DNA from: an uncultured Gammaproteobacteria bacterium
Lineage (GTDB): Bacteria; Patescibacteriota; Microgenomatia; Levybacterales; GWA1-39-11
Direction: 5' to 3'
Assembly: GCA_964452165.1 (NCBI GenBank)
Contig: CAYVKP010000001.1
Span: forward strand, 268,110 to 332,109
DNA length: 64,000 nucleotides
Below are positions 38,197 through 47,883 of the stretch, piece after piece (within the stretch, counting starts at the first letter, position 1; every line of letters begins with the position of its first letter). Below the pieces are notes generated by a model. That model did not search any database. It was not told the DNA's origin and saw nothing but the letters and a program-made list of their open reading frames with translations. Both the position numbers and the translations under genes were made by a program.

Positions 38197-39129
38197 TTGC
38201 TTTCCATGGTCAACCCAAGTTTTAAAATTGTTGAAGAAAATAAAGAAAAAGGCTACGCAAAATTTGTGATAGAGCCTCTCGAGCCCGGTTTTGGGCAAAC
38301 TTTAGGCGTGGCTCTTCGCCGCGTTCTTTTAACTAATATTGACGGCGCAGCTGTCACCTCTGTTAAGATTGATGGTGTTCGTCACCTCTTCTCCACTCTT
38401 CCAGGACTAAAAGAAGACATCATTGAACTTGTTTTGAATATAAAAACCCTCAGAGTAAAGCTTGCCCAAGATATGGATCAGGCAACAATCACACTTTCAA
38501 CGACAGGTCCAGGCGAGGTTACTGCAGAGAAAATTGAAGTCTCAGACGGTGTTGAAATTGTAGACCCTAAGCACTACTTAGGATCACTCTCTGATAAGAA
38601 ATCTAAACTTTCAATGGAAATGACAGTCGAGCGTGGAACCGGATATTCATTGGCTGAAGACAGAAAGATATCAACGGTAGGAGTAATTCCGATTGATGCA
38701 ATTTTCTCACCTATCCTGCGAGTTAACTATAAAGTCGAGCAAACCCGTGTAGGACGTCAAACAAATTTTGACAAGTTGGTTCTTGAAATATGGACAGATG
38801 GAACCGTAGATCCAAAAGAATCAATGAATAGTGCAGCAAATCTTCTAGTATCTTACTTCCGTCAAATTTATGAACCAGCAGCTTCAGTGGAAGTAGAAGG
38901 AGTTGTTGCTTCCTCCAATGTTTCAGATGAGGTTCTTAAGATGACCATAGACGAGTTAGACTTGCCAACAAGAATATACAATTCTCTTAGGAACGCTGGA
39001 ATCGAAACGGTTGGAGAGATGCTTTCTACACCAAAGAAAGAGCTTATGGGGTACAGGAATCTTGGAGCAAAATCTCTTTCCATAATTGAAGAAAGCTTGC
39101 AAGCAAGAGGTATCACTCTTACTTTTTAA
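38197..39129 (+). CDS. rpoA: DNA-directed RNA polymerase subunit alpha
   Basis: ..IEPLEPGFGQTLG..LRRVLL.. N-terminal domain and ..IDELDLPTRIYNSLRNAGIETVGEM.. C-terminal domain. Confidence 0.95.
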   Translation: MLSMVNPSFKIVEENKEKGYAKFVIEPLEPGFGQTLGVALRRVLLTNIDGAAVTSVKIDGVRHLFSTLPGLKEDIIELVLNIKTLRVKLAQDMDQATITLSTTGPGEVTAEKIEVSDGVEIVDPKHYLGSLSDKKSKLSMEMTVERGTGYSLAEDRKISTVGVIPIDAIFSPILRVNYKVEQTRVGRQTNFDKLVLEIWTDGTVDPKESMNSAANLLVSYFRQIYEPAASVEVEGVVASSNVSDEVLKMTIDELDLPTRIYNSLRNAGIETVGEMLSTPKKELMGYRNLGAKSLSIIEESLQARGITLTF

Positions 39130-39155
39130 ATTTTAATTTAGCATTGATACAAAAT

Positions 39156-39180
39156 AGCGTCCAAGACTGACGCTTTTTTA
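39156..39180 (+). terminator. intrinsic terminator-like hairpin after rpoA
   Basis: AGCGTC-CAAGACT-GACGCT followed by TTTTTT. Confidence 0.45.
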
Positions 39181-39193
39181 TTATAAAGGCAGT

Positions 39194-39682
39194 ATGAGAA
39201 AAAGAATATTTGGAAAACGTCTTAAAAGAGACACAAATGAGAGAAAAGCATTATTCCGCAGTCTTATGCATGGATTAGTTTTGCATGGAAAAATTACAAC
39301 AAGCAAAGCAAAATCTCAGGCAATTCGTGCAGACATTGAAAAACTTGTAACAATTGCAAAAAATAAGGGGGAAGAAGCAAGAAATATTCTTATTCAGAGA
39401 CTTGCTAATGAAAAAGTTTCAGAAAAAATAATAAAAGAAATTGCGCCACTCTTTGCCTCAAGACCCGGAGGGTACACAAGAACCTTAAAGCTTGGACAAA
39501 GAGTAAAAGATGGATCCCAAATGGTTTTGATGACATGGGTGAAGAGCGTTTCGGTAAGTTCTCAAGTTGAACCAAAGAGAAAAACTCAACCTCAGCAAAC
39601 AAAGCCACAAAGTCCAAAGACTCAACCAAAAATAGCTTCGAAAGAAAAGAAAGCAGCAGCAAAAAAACCAACCAAGAAATAA
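39194..39682 (+). CDS. rplQ: 50S ribosomal protein L17 (Lys/Pro/Gln-rich ~45-aa C-terminal extension)
   Basis: ..RKALFRSL..LVLHGKITTSKAKS.. Confidence 0.9.
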   Translation: MRKRIFGKRLKRDTNERKALFRSLMHGLVLHGKITTSKAKSQAIRADIEKLVTIAKNKGEEARNILIQRLANEKVSEKIIKEIAPLFASRPGGYTRTLKLGQRVKDGSQMVLMTWVKSVSVSSQVEPKRKTQPQQTKPQSPKTQPKIASKEKKAAAKKPTKK

Positions 39683-39683
39683 T

Positions 39684-40106
39684 ATGATAGGATTGACTTC
39701 TCCCACCAAAACAAGCGATATCAAAAGAGAATGGCATCTTAAAGATGTAAAAGGTAAAGTATTGGGCCGTGCCGCAACAGAAATTGCGCAGCTTCTTATG
39801 GGAAAGAGCAAGGATTATTTTGCAAAAAATCTTGATTGTGGTGACTATGTTGTCGTAACAAATGCTCAAGAAGTAAAAGTAACAGGTAAAAAAGAAAAAG
39901 GAAAAGTATATACAAGATACTCAGGATACCCAGGTGGTCTTAGAAAAATAACTTTGAGCGAGTATAGAAAAGAAAGACCTCAGGAAATCATAAGACATGC
40001 CGTCGCGGGAATGCTTCCAAAGAATAAGCTTCGTGACTTAATGCTTAAGAGGCTTTATGTTTTTGCGGGAAACGAGCACAAGTTCGCAGACAAAATAAAG
40101 GAATAA
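39684..40106 (+). CDS. rplM: 50S ribosomal protein L13
   Basis: ..REWHLKDVKGKVLGRAATEIAQLLMGK.. Confidence 0.93.
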   Translation: MIGLTSPTKTSDIKREWHLKDVKGKVLGRAATEIAQLLMGKSKDYFAKNLDCGDYVVVTNAQEVKVTGKKEKGKVYTRYSGYPGGLRKITLSEYRKERPQEIIRHAVAGMLPKNKLRDLMLKRLYVFAGNEHKFADKIKE

Positions 40107-40107
40107 T

Positions 40108-40566
40108 ATGCCAAAAACACAAAGTCAGAATACAAAACAATACATACTTGCAACAGGAAGACGACGTGAGGCTGTGGCGCGTGTCAGACTATATAACCCA
40201 ACATCCGGAAAAGTTCAGATAAACGGATTGGAGCTAAAAAAAGGAGATGTAATTGTTAATGGCAAACCCATTAATGAATACTTTAGATTTTTTGCTTTCG
40301 GTCCTACTTACAACAAGCTTTTGGTAGATACTGATATGGCTGGTAAGTTAATTTTTAGCACAAAGGTTATAGGTGGAGGACTTTCGGGCCAGTTAGATGC
40401 GGTTGTCATGGGAATGGCAAGGGCCCTTGATATTTTGGATCACGCCAAGCATCACGATGTACTTCGCTCAAAAGGATATCTTACACGTGATCCAAGAACT
40501 CGAGAAAGAAGAAAAGTTGGAAACGCAGGAAAAGCACGACGCAAAAAATCCTCACCAAAGCGTTAG
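40108..40566 (+). CDS. rpsI: 30S ribosomal protein S9
   Basis: ..ATGRRREAVARVRL..GGGLSGQLDAV..ARR.KSSPKR. Confidence 0.93.
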   Translation: MPKTQSQNTKQYILATGRRREAVARVRLYNPTSGKVQINGLELKKGDVIVNGKPINEYFRFFAFGPTYNKLLVDTDMAGKLIFSTKVIGGGLSGQLDAVVMGMARALDILDHAKHHDVLRSKGYLTRDPRTRERRKVGNAGKARRKKSSPKR

Positions 40567-41048
40567 TCCTTCAGGAGCTTACTTATTACATTCCAGGAGA
40601 AGCCTTTTCTCCCTAAAAAGCCAGCCATTTTCTTTCTGAACTCAACTGGCGCAAGCCTTGATAATGTTTTTTTCTTTTTTTCAAAAGCCATTTTTGCTAT
40701 TTCTAAATCATCATCTGCCTCATTCAATAGTTGATTGATAGTTTCATTGTTTATTCCTTTAATTCGTAACTCCTGCCTCAAAACTATTTTGCTTTTTCCT
40801 TTGTACTTTTGTCTTGACTCAATCCAGGATCTGGCAAATTCCTCATCGTTTAAAAATTTAAGATCGAGCAACCTTTTCAACGCAGTATTTGTTGTTTCCT
40901 CAATAAAGTTTTTCTTCGCAAGATAATCGGATATCTCTTTCATGCTGCGATTTCTGAACGATAAATATTTCAGTGCGTAGTTGAAAGCAAGGTCGCGGTT
41001 TTCAGGAGTATCAAGCCTCGGTGGGTAATTCTTCCTCTTCATCTTCAT
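40563..41048 (-). CDS. recX: recombination regulator RecX
   Basis: Three-repeat helical RecX pattern (..[19 protein letters not shown]..). Overlaps the 3' end of recA. The start is ambiguous: the longest ORF reaches 41069, other candidate starts are 41048 and 41042. Confidence 0.75.
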   Translation of the reverse strand: MKMKRKNYPPRLDTPENRDLAFNYALKYLSFRNRSMKEISDYLAKKNFIEETTNTALKRLLDLKFLNDEEFARSWIESRQKYKGKSKIVLRQELRIKGINNETINQLLNEADDDLEIAKMAFEKKKKTLSRLAPVEFRKKMAGFLGRKGFSWNVISKLLKD

Positions 41049-42117
41049 TCTCTTCAACACCCACTTCAATCATGGGTTTTTGACTTTTAGATTTTTCCAA
41101 AACCTCCGCGGTAATTTTCTTTGCAACGTCAGGATTCTCTTTAAGGTACATTTTTGCGGCTTCTCTTCCTTGTCCAAGCATCAGTTCTTGGTATCGCAAG
41201 AAAGCTCCTGTTTTTGATACAACGCCTGTTTCAATTCCAACATCTAAGACATTTCCTTCTCTTGAAATTCCCTCTCCGGCCATAACGTCAAATTCCGCAA
41301 TTCTAAACGGAGGGGACACCTTATTCTTTACAATTTTTACTCTGGAGCGATTACCAATAACCTTGTCGCCGTCTTTTAATACTTCTATCTTTCTGACGTC
41401 GAGTCTTATCGAGGCATAAAATTTAAGTGCCATTCCGCCTGTGGTTGTCTCAGGGTTTCCAAACATTACTCCAATCTTTTGTCTAAGCTGATTCGTGAAG
41501 ATGACTATTGTTTTGCTTTTGGAAATTGCAGCTGTTAATTTTCTTAATGCCTGAGACATAAGCCGCGCTTGCATTCCCATCATTGCGTCTCCCATCTCGC
41601 CTTCAATTTCAGCTCTTGGTACTAGAGCAGCAACTGAATCGACAACAATCACATCAAGACCTCCAGACCTTATTAATTGTTCGGTTATTTCAAGAGCTTG
41701 TTCTCCGGTATCGGGTTGAGAGATAAGAAGCTCATCAAGCTTTACACCAATAGTTTGGGCCCACAGTGGGTCTAGAGCATGCTCAGCGTCAATAAAAGCT
41801 GCTACCCCCCCTCTTTTTTGTGCTTCGGCAATTACCGACAAACAAACGGTAGTTTTACCGGACGCCTCTGGTCCATAAATCTCTACGATTCGGCCTTTAG
41901 GCAATCCCCCAACTCCCAGAGCAAGATCTAACGCGAGAGATCCTGTTGGAATAACCTCAACGGTCATTCTTTCAGCAGCATCACCAAATTTCATTATGGA
42001 ACCTTTTCCGTATTGTCTTTGGATCTGCTCCATTGCCATTCCGATTGCTGCGAGTTTTTCTTTAGCGTCTGTTTTTTGGGCGCCGTTACTTACTGGAGTT
42101 TTGCTGGCTCGTGCCAT
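41011..42117 (-). CDS. recA: recombinase RecA
   Basis: ..[12 protein letters not shown].. Walker A, ..FIDAEHALD.., ..QYGKGSIM.. Confidence 0.96.
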   Translation of the reverse strand: MARASKTPVSNGAQKTDAKEKLAAIGMAMEQIQRQYGKGSIMKFGDAAERMTVEVIPTGSLALDLALGVGGLPKGRIVEIYGPEASGKTTVCLSVIAEAQKRGGVAAFIDAEHALDPLWAQTIGVKLDELLISQPDTGEQALEITEQLIRSGGLDVIVVDSVAALVPRAEIEGEMGDAMMGMQARLMSQALRKLTAAISKSKTIVIFTNQLRQKIGVMFGNPETTTGGMALKFYASIRLDVRKIEVLKDGDKVIGNRSRVKIVKNKVSPPFRIAEFDVMAGEGISREGNVLDVGIETGVVSKTGAFLRYQELMLGQGREAAKMYLKENPDVAKKITAEVLEKSKSQKPMIEVGVEENEDEEEELPTEA

Positions 42118-42169
42118 AATTTAGCCCATTGTAGCCAACTTTTTTTAAAATTTCAATATATCAAAAATG

Positions 42170-42240
42170 TCGGGGTGTGGAGAATCGAACTCCATCCGCA
42201 CGACCCCCAGCCGCGCATTCTACCGTTAAACTACACCCCG
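42170..42240 (-). tRNA. tRNA-Pro (anticodon GGG), 71 nt, CCA not encoded
   Basis: Reverse complement is CGGGGTGTAGTTTAACGGTAGAATGCGCGGCTGGGGGTCGTGCGGATGGAGTTCGATTCTCCACACCCCGA. It folds as acceptor CGGGGTG/CACCCCG, T-arm TGGAG-TTCGATT-CTCCA, and an anticodon loop CUGGGGG giving anticodon GGG. The anticodon assignment relies on a stem containing G-U pairs. Confidence 0.6.
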
Positions 42241-42281
42241 AATAGCTTCATATTATATCTAATCCGTTGTATAATTAACAC

Positions 42282-42611
42282 ATGGATTTGACGAAGAAGA
42301 AGTGTGAACCGTGTGAGGGAGGAGTAAAGCCCTTTGATTCAGAGGAGACAAAAACTTACATGACTTATCTTAAAACCCCTTGGGATGTTGTAGCTGATGG
42401 TAAGAAAATCGAGAAGAAGTTCAAATTCAAAGATTTTAATGAAGCAATGGAATTTATTAACAAAGTTGCGGAAATTGCCAACAGCGAAGACCATCATCCG
42501 GATATTTTCAATTCATACTCCAGAGTTACCATTACTCTTTGGACTCATGCAATCGGTGGACTATCTGTTAATGATTTTATCCTTGCATCAAAGATCGAAC
42601 TCATTTCGTAA
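42282..42611 (+). CDS. phhB: pterin-4a-carbinolamine dehydratase (PCD/DCoH)
   Basis: ..EDHHPDIFNSYSRVTITLWTHAIGGLS.NDF. Confidence 0.85.
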   Translation: MDLTKKKCEPCEGGVKPFDSEETKTYMTYLKTPWDVVADGKKIEKKFKFKDFNEAMEFINKVAEIANSEDHHPDIFNSYSRVTITLWTHAIGGLSVNDFILASKIELIS

Positions 42612-44286
42612 ATGTTATTTGGCCTTTTAGAGGAGTTGAGTCTTTGATGATAAATTTTTCTGCATATTCTTTTGTGACTCCGATCTTCTTTTTTGGATTA
42701 AAGATTTCATTTGGATCGAAAGATTTTTTGATCTGTTCAAATATGGAATAAATCTCTTCCCCGAATTGTTGTTTCAAGTAAGGCGCTCGGACAAGTCCAT
42801 CGTTATGTTCTCCGGAATCAGATCCGTGGTATTCCCAAACAAGTTTAAAAACTTCATCCATTATTTCGTAGATATGTTCTGCTGTTCCAGGTTTTTCCAT
42901 TTCAACGAGTGGAATTATATGAAAGTTACCATTGCCAATATGACCAGCAACCGTATACTTGAGTTTTGACTCATTTAAAAGCTTGTATAAACGCGGAAAA
43001 AACTCAGGAAGCTTTTCCGTCTCAACGACAATGTCATCAATAAATGGCGCAGCATATTTTCCCTTAACTTGAGACTTGAGAAGTCCAAAGCTCTCCCGTC
43101 TTATTGCCCAATACTTTTCTCGTTCTGCTTCATTGTGAGCCATGTACGTTTCTAGATTGTCAAACTTTTTAAGTTCCTCATTTAATCTGTTTAAGTTTTC
43201 ATGAATCGTATGGAATTCATTATCTTCATACTCCACAAGTAATGTAAGTTCCGCCGTTCCATTTTTTTCAACCCGTGCAATTTCCGGATGGAATGCTTTT
43301 ATTACTTCATCTTCTGAAAGTTTTAATATTTTGGCAAATCCTGTCATGTATTTCATTGCAAGTTCCATAGTGTAGTGATCAAAGGATTCAAAGCAATCTG
43401 GGTTGTGTCTCAGGACTGTACTTACAATTTCCGGTAAGTGATCATAGTTCTGCATAAAAATCATAAGTACTCCATGATGCTCTTTTTGTTTAATTAGACT
43501 GAATGTTATTTCTGTTATTATTCCCAGAGTTCCTTGTGACCCGACGAATAATTTTGGTACATCAAAATGTTCTCCGTTCCATACATCCCAAATAGTGTAT
43601 CCAGCGGAATTTTTTGTTACTTTGGGTCGATGATTCTGAATTAGTTCTCCGTTTTTTTCAAAGAGTTCGAATAAATCTTTATAGATTTTTCCGAGTAAAT
43701 CACCTTTTTTAATTCGTGCTTTCATTTCATTTTTTGTCATTTTTTTTATTTCATACTCGTTGCCATCTGCTAAAACAACTTTTAGGCTTTCTACGTACTT
43801 TTCTGTCTTTCCGTACCCAAGAGATTTTTCTCCACCAGCATTGTTTGCAACCATCCCACCAACCGTACATAGTCTTTTTGAAGAAGTGTAAGGGGGTAGA
43901 AGCAATTCGTGTTTGTCTAACTCTTTTTCAAAGTCTCGATAAAAAAGTCCGGGTTCAACAGTTACCCTTTGGTCTCGGACATGAAGCTCGATAAGTTTAT
44001 TAATGTGTTCAGTCATAGAGACGATTATCGAATTGTTTAAGGTTCCACCGCTCATACAAGTTCCTGCAGCTCGAGCAGTGAGAGAAAGGTTGGGAGTGCT
44101 CTTTTTGTTTTCGTTGACAAATCTTACAAGTGTTTTAATGTCTTCTACATTTTTTGGAAAGGCAACAAGTTCCGGTTTAATTTCAAAAATACTTGCATCG
44201 CGGGAAAAATGTTCAAGCGTCCCCGGTTCTTCTGAGATTTCTCCGCTAAAATTTTGCTTTAACTCTTCTATTAACTTGGGGTTCAT
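42601..44286 (-). CDS. FAD-linked oxidase (GlcD / D-lactate dehydrogenase-like), FAD_binding_4 plus C-terminal domain
   Basis: ..PRGAGT-like ..LTARAAGTCMSGG.. and a FAD-oxidase C-terminal domain. The preferred start at 44286 (MNPKLIEEL) avoids overlap with tktB. Confidence 0.75.
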   Translation of the reverse strand: MNPKLIEELKQNFSGEISEEPGTLEHFSRDASIFEIKPELVAFPKNVEDIKTLVRFVNENKKSTPNLSLTARAAGTCMSGGTLNNSIIVSMTEHINKLIELHVRDQRVTVEPGLFYRDFEKELDKHELLLPPYTSSKRLCTVGGMVANNAGGEKSLGYGKTEKYVESLKVVLADGNEYEIKKMTKNEMKARIKKGDLLGKIYKDLFELFEKNGELIQNHRPKVTKNSAGYTIWDVWNGEHFDVPKLFVGSQGTLGIITEITFSLIKQKEHHGVLMIFMQNYDHLPEIVSTVLRHNPDCFESFDHYTMELAMKYMTGFAKILKLSEDEVIKAFHPEIARVEKNGTAELTLLVEYEDNEFHTIHENLNRLNEELKKFDNLETYMAHNEAEREKYWAIRRESFGLLKSQVKGKYAAPFIDDIVVETEKLPEFFPRLYKLLNESKLKYTVAGHIGNGNFHIIPLVEMEKPGTAEHIYEIMDEVFKLVWEYHGSDSGEHNDGLVRAPYLKQQFGEEIYSIFEQIKKSFDPNEIFNPKKKIGVTKEYAEKFIIKDSTPLKGQITFTK

Positions 44287-44290
44287 TAAC

Positions 44291-45280
44291 TTAAGCCTTT
44301 CTGGAAATTGCCTTTTTGACAGCATCTTTTATTGCGTTTTTGTCCATTTTATATTTTTTAATCAGTTCTGTGGGGGTTCCGGTCTCACCAAAAGTATCTT
44401 GAAGTCCAATAAATTCAATTGGCGTGGGATTCATTTTGGCCAGGGTTTCTGCAATTGCTCCTCCAAGTCCACCGGCAACTTGGTGATCCTCAACAGTTAC
44501 TGCTGCTCCCGTTTGCTTTGCAAGCTCTACCACAGTTTGTTCGTCTAGTGGTTTAATTGTTGCTACATTTGCCACCAAAGTTTGTATACCTTCCTCCTCA
44601 AGTTCTTTTGCAGCAAGGAGTGCCTGATACAAAAGCCAGCCCGTACCAAAAATTACTGCCGCAGGTTTTTCCGCTTTCCAAAAAACTTGAACCTTTCCAT
44701 CAAAAGGCGTCTCCTCGGTTGTCATGATGGGGCTTTTGTCTCTTGAGAATCTAAGATAGTAAGGACCGTAATTTTTGCCTGCCGTGATTGTAGCTTTTTT
44801 TGCTTCAATGGCATCGCATGGAACAAGAACTTTAATATTGGGCCAAGCCCTAACAGATGCAATATCTTCAGTTGCCTGGTGGGTTGCGCCGTCCGGACCG
44901 GTCATGACACCCGCGTGATGTCCTGCAATTTTTACATTTGAGTCATTGTAGATAATTGTCGTTCGAATTGTTTCCCAGTTTTTTCCAGGTGAGAAAGTTG
45001 CGTAAGAAGAAATGAATGCGGTTTTACCGCTTACTCCGAGACCCGCGGCAACAGCTGCCATGTTTTGTTCGGCTACTCCCATTTCAAAGTATCTATCAGG
45101 ATATTTTTTTGCAAATTCCTCAACCTTTGTTGATTCAGTAAGATCTGCGCATAATGCCACAACATTTGGGTCAGCGTCCCCTAGTGCAACCAGGCCTTTT
45201 CCATAGCCAGAGCGGGTTGCGTCTACTTCCGGTTTGTCATCAAACATTTTTTCGTTAAGTTTTAAATCAGGATTTAACAT
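44291..45280 (-). CDS. tktB: transketolase, C-terminal (pyrimidine-binding plus C-terminal domain) subunit
   Basis: ..GADGPTHQ-like GPDGATHQATEDIA... Split-type transketolase. Confidence 0.85.
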   Translation of the reverse strand: MLNPDLKLNEKMFDDKPEVDATRSGYGKGLVALGDADPNVVALCADLTESTKVEEFAKKYPDRYFEMGVAEQNMAAVAAGLGVSGKTAFISSYATFSPGKNWETIRTTIIYNDSNVKIAGHHAGVMTGPDGATHQATEDIASVRAWPNIKVLVPCDAIEAKKATITAGKNYGPYYLRFSRDKSPIMTTEETPFDGKVQVFWKAEKPAAVIFGTGWLLYQALLAAKELEEEGIQTLVANVATIKPLDEQTVVELAKQTGAAVTVEDHQVAGGLGGAIAETLAKMNPTPIEFIGLQDTFGETGTPTELIKKYKMDKNAIKDAVKKAISRKA

Positions 45281-45569
45281 TCTTTTTAGATAGCTTTTTA
45301 AATAAGAAAAATACTCCGGTGCCAATAGAGGCAGTAATAAGAGAAAGGTAAACAGTAATAAGAGATATATTTATCGCAATGCTATCTAATCCATATTTAG
45401 ATAAATACCCTATGAGGGTTAATCTTTGACATCCATTTAAGTGTATATCTAAAACATTATCTAAAACATTCATACTACACGTGTCGAAGTTAACCACAAA
45501 TAGAGAGATTAAAATGAAAATAGCAATAGATAAGAATAAAAATAAAATTATTAGACTATGTTTTTTCAT
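45267..45569 (-). CDS. hypothetical small membrane protein (100 aa, 2 transmembrane helices) intercalated between the transketolase halves
   Basis: ORF within an AT-rich ~300 bp insert. AAGGA lies 9 nt upstream of the ATG. Begins 2 nt after the tktA stop. Confidence 0.3.
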   Translation of the reverse strand: MKKHSLIILFLFLSIAIFILISLFVVNFDTCSMNVLDNVLDIHLNGCQRLTLIGYLSKYGLDSIAINISLITVYLSLITASIGTGVFFLFKKLSKKNVKS

Positions 45570-45570
45570 T

Positions 45571-46434
45571 TTATTGTCCTTCGTGTTCTATCTTTCCCTG
45601 TAAAGTTCGCAATTCATCTAATGATTTCTTCGCTTCTTCAGGATTCGGCGGTTTACCGTGCCATTCAAATTTGTTTTCCATAAAGTCTACGCCCTTACCA
45701 GGGATTGTATTTGCAATTATTACGGACGGTTTTTGATGAACTGCTTTTGCTTGATTCACGGCTCCCACAAAAGCTCGGAAATCATGTCCGTCTATTTCTT
45801 GGACAAACCAATTGAAGGATTCATATTTTGCTCGAAGGTAATCAAGGGGCATAACATTTTCAGTATAGCCATCTATTTGAATATTATTTCTATCGATTAT
45901 TACAGTTAGATTATCGAGGTTATATTTTGCGGCACACATTGCTGCTTCCCATGTGTTACCTTCCTGATGTTCGCCGTCGGATGACACACAGTAAACGCGA
46001 TAATTTCTTTTGTCTAATTTTCCAGCTAAAGCAATTCCAATCGACTGAGAAATTCCTTCGCCCAAGGGTCCAGAGGTGGTCTCAACTCCGGGCAGTGCAG
46101 TGCGGTGTGGATGTCCCTGAAGACGTGTTCCAAGTTTGCGCAAAGTCTTAAGTTCTTCAATCGGAAAATATCCTGCCATGCTCATCGCGACATATCGGAT
46201 TGGACATATATGACCATTTGAGAGTATTAATCTATCACGGTCTGACCAGTCTGGATTTTTTGGATCGTGATTTAGTACGTGAAAGTAGAGCGCAACAAAA
46301 ATATCCGCCATTCCAAGCGGTCCTGCACTATGTCCTGATCCTGCTTCAAGCAAAGATTCTATAACTAGCTCACGTGCTTTGACGGCCTTTAATTCAAGGT
46401 CTTTTACTTTGTCGTCGTATAAATCTTCCATCAT
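45571..46434 (-). CDS. tktA: transketolase, N-terminal (thiamine-diphosphate-binding) subunit
   Basis: ..GSGHSAGPLGMADIFVALYF..LSNGH.. TPP-binding motifs. Confidence 0.88.
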   Translation of the reverse strand: MMEDLYDDKVKDLELKAVKARELVIESLLEAGSGHSAGPLGMADIFVALYFHVLNHDPKNPDWSDRDRLILSNGHICPIRYVAMSMAGYFPIEELKTLRKLGTRLQGHPHRTALPGVETTSGPLGEGISQSIGIALAGKLDKRNYRVYCVSSDGEHQEGNTWEAAMCAAKYNLDNLTVIIDRNNIQIDGYTENVMPLDYLRAKYESFNWFVQEIDGHDFRAFVGAVNQAKAVHQKPSVIIANTIPGKGVDFMENKFEWHGKPPNPEEAKKSLDELRTLQGKIEHEGQ

Positions 46435-47720
46435 TTTCTTAGAACTATCATCAGGTCTGAGACATTACTTGGTAATCGACCGGTTATAATAGCATCGCGC
46501 GTTTGGTTGAAAAAATCAAGACTACTATCATTTTGAAGAAATTTTTCGGGATGAATTTTTAGATTTGTTGCCTCTTCAACCGTTTTATAATCGCCAATCG
46601 CACCCGCGTTTTCGGTGTTATCCCATCCATCAGAGTCAAAAGAGCAAATAGTAATATCGCGTCCAATATAATTGAGCGCTGCTAAGACTAATTCCTGATT
46701 ACGTCCACCCTTACCTCCCCTTTTGCCAACCTTAACTGTCGTTTCACCGCCAACTAAAAGGATAGAATGTAGATGCGTCGCGGAGATTAATTTTCTCCCG
46801 GCCAATTTTGCTTCTGACTCAAAACGGTCTGAAAAAATATTTGCTTTCCAATCCAGTTCTCTTGCCCTTTTTTGCATTGCGCGTAGAGCGGTTTGGTTTG
46901 AAAGAACGATAAAATTGTGTACATTTTTAAAATATTTTTTATCGTGAGGATTTTCAATAAAGGCATTCATAGGAAGATTAAGTTGTTTTTCTATCCCGAA
47001 AGTAGTGACAATTTTCAAAGCGTCTTTAACGGTTGTTAGGTCTTCTACTGTGGGCCCGGAGGCAATAACTGATAGGTCGTTTCCGGGGACATCGGAATAA
47101 ATCATAGTTGCAATAGTTGCAGGATACAAAGCTTGAGCAAGTCCGCCTCCCTTAACGTCTGACAAGTGTTTTCTCACAGTATTCATTTGAGAAATTGTTG
47201 CTCCGGATTTAAGTAGTGCTTTGCCGACATTTATTTTTTCCTCTAGACTTATTGCATGCGGATGGACAAGCATTGCCGATCCGCCTCCGCAAACAACAAT
47301 CAAAACTAGGTCCTGCTCAGTCAGTCTAGAGAACTTATCCAAAATCTTTTGAGTGAATTTAAAATTGTCTTCAGATGGAAGAGGATGTGTCCCTTTGGTA
47401 AATTCTATTTTCCTAAATTTATGTTCGTTCTGGGTATCTATTATGTAACCCTCAGTTAACTTATCCAGAATTAAATCCTCAAGAAGTTTTGAGTTTCCGG
47501 CAGATCCTTTTCCAAAGCCAAGAATAAATACGCGTTCAAATTTGTTTAAATCAAACTCATGTCCATCAATAGTTAATATATCTCGATGTCTTTGGATTTT
47601 ATCTTTAAAAACTTCCGCAGGTTGTATGGACAGTAGGCCTTCCTCAACAAGTTCCAGAATTATTTTTCTCTCTGGGGTTTTTGCAAGTTCATCAAAGTTT
47701 TCAATGAGGCGCTTGGGCAT
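46431..47720 (-). CDS. glycerate 2-kinase, MOFRL family (DUF4147 + MOFRL)
   Basis: ..VVCGGGSAMLV.. and ..LVGGETTVKVGKRGGKGGRNQELVLAAL.. motifs. Confidence 0.78.
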   Translation of the reverse strand: MPKRLIENFDELAKTPERKIILELVEEGLLSIQPAEVFKDKIQRHRDILTIDGHEFDLNKFERVFILGFGKGSAGNSKLLEDLILDKLTEGYIIDTQNEHKFRKIEFTKGTHPLPSEDNFKFTQKILDKFSRLTEQDLVLIVVCGGGSAMLVHPHAISLEEKINVGKALLKSGATISQMNTVRKHLSDVKGGGLAQALYPATIATMIYSDVPGNDLSVIASGPTVEDLTTVKDALKIVTTFGIEKQLNLPMNAFIENPHDKKYFKNVHNFIVLSNQTALRAMQKRARELDWKANIFSDRFESEAKLAGRKLISATHLHSILLVGGETTVKVGKRGGKGGRNQELVLAALNYIGRDITICSFDSDGWDNTENAGAIGDYKTVEEATNLKIHPEKFLQNDSSLDFFNQTRDAIITGRLPSNVSDLMIVLRK

Positions 47721-47883
47721 TAACTATAGTTTATAAAATTCGGCCTCCCATGTCTATCGTCCATATGGTATAATATATTCAATAGAGCCAAAGAGAATCT
47801 GGGGTTCTGAAAAAGTTAATATGATACAACTTCTTCAACCGATTCGAACACTGCAAACAGCCTAATTTTAGGCAGTCTTCTTT

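Noticed and set aside
42118-42281. Possible second tRNA or other ncRNA next to tRNA-Pro
   Set aside because: Only one cloverleaf could be folded. The remaining ~90 nt are AT-rich spacer consistent with a PCD promoter.
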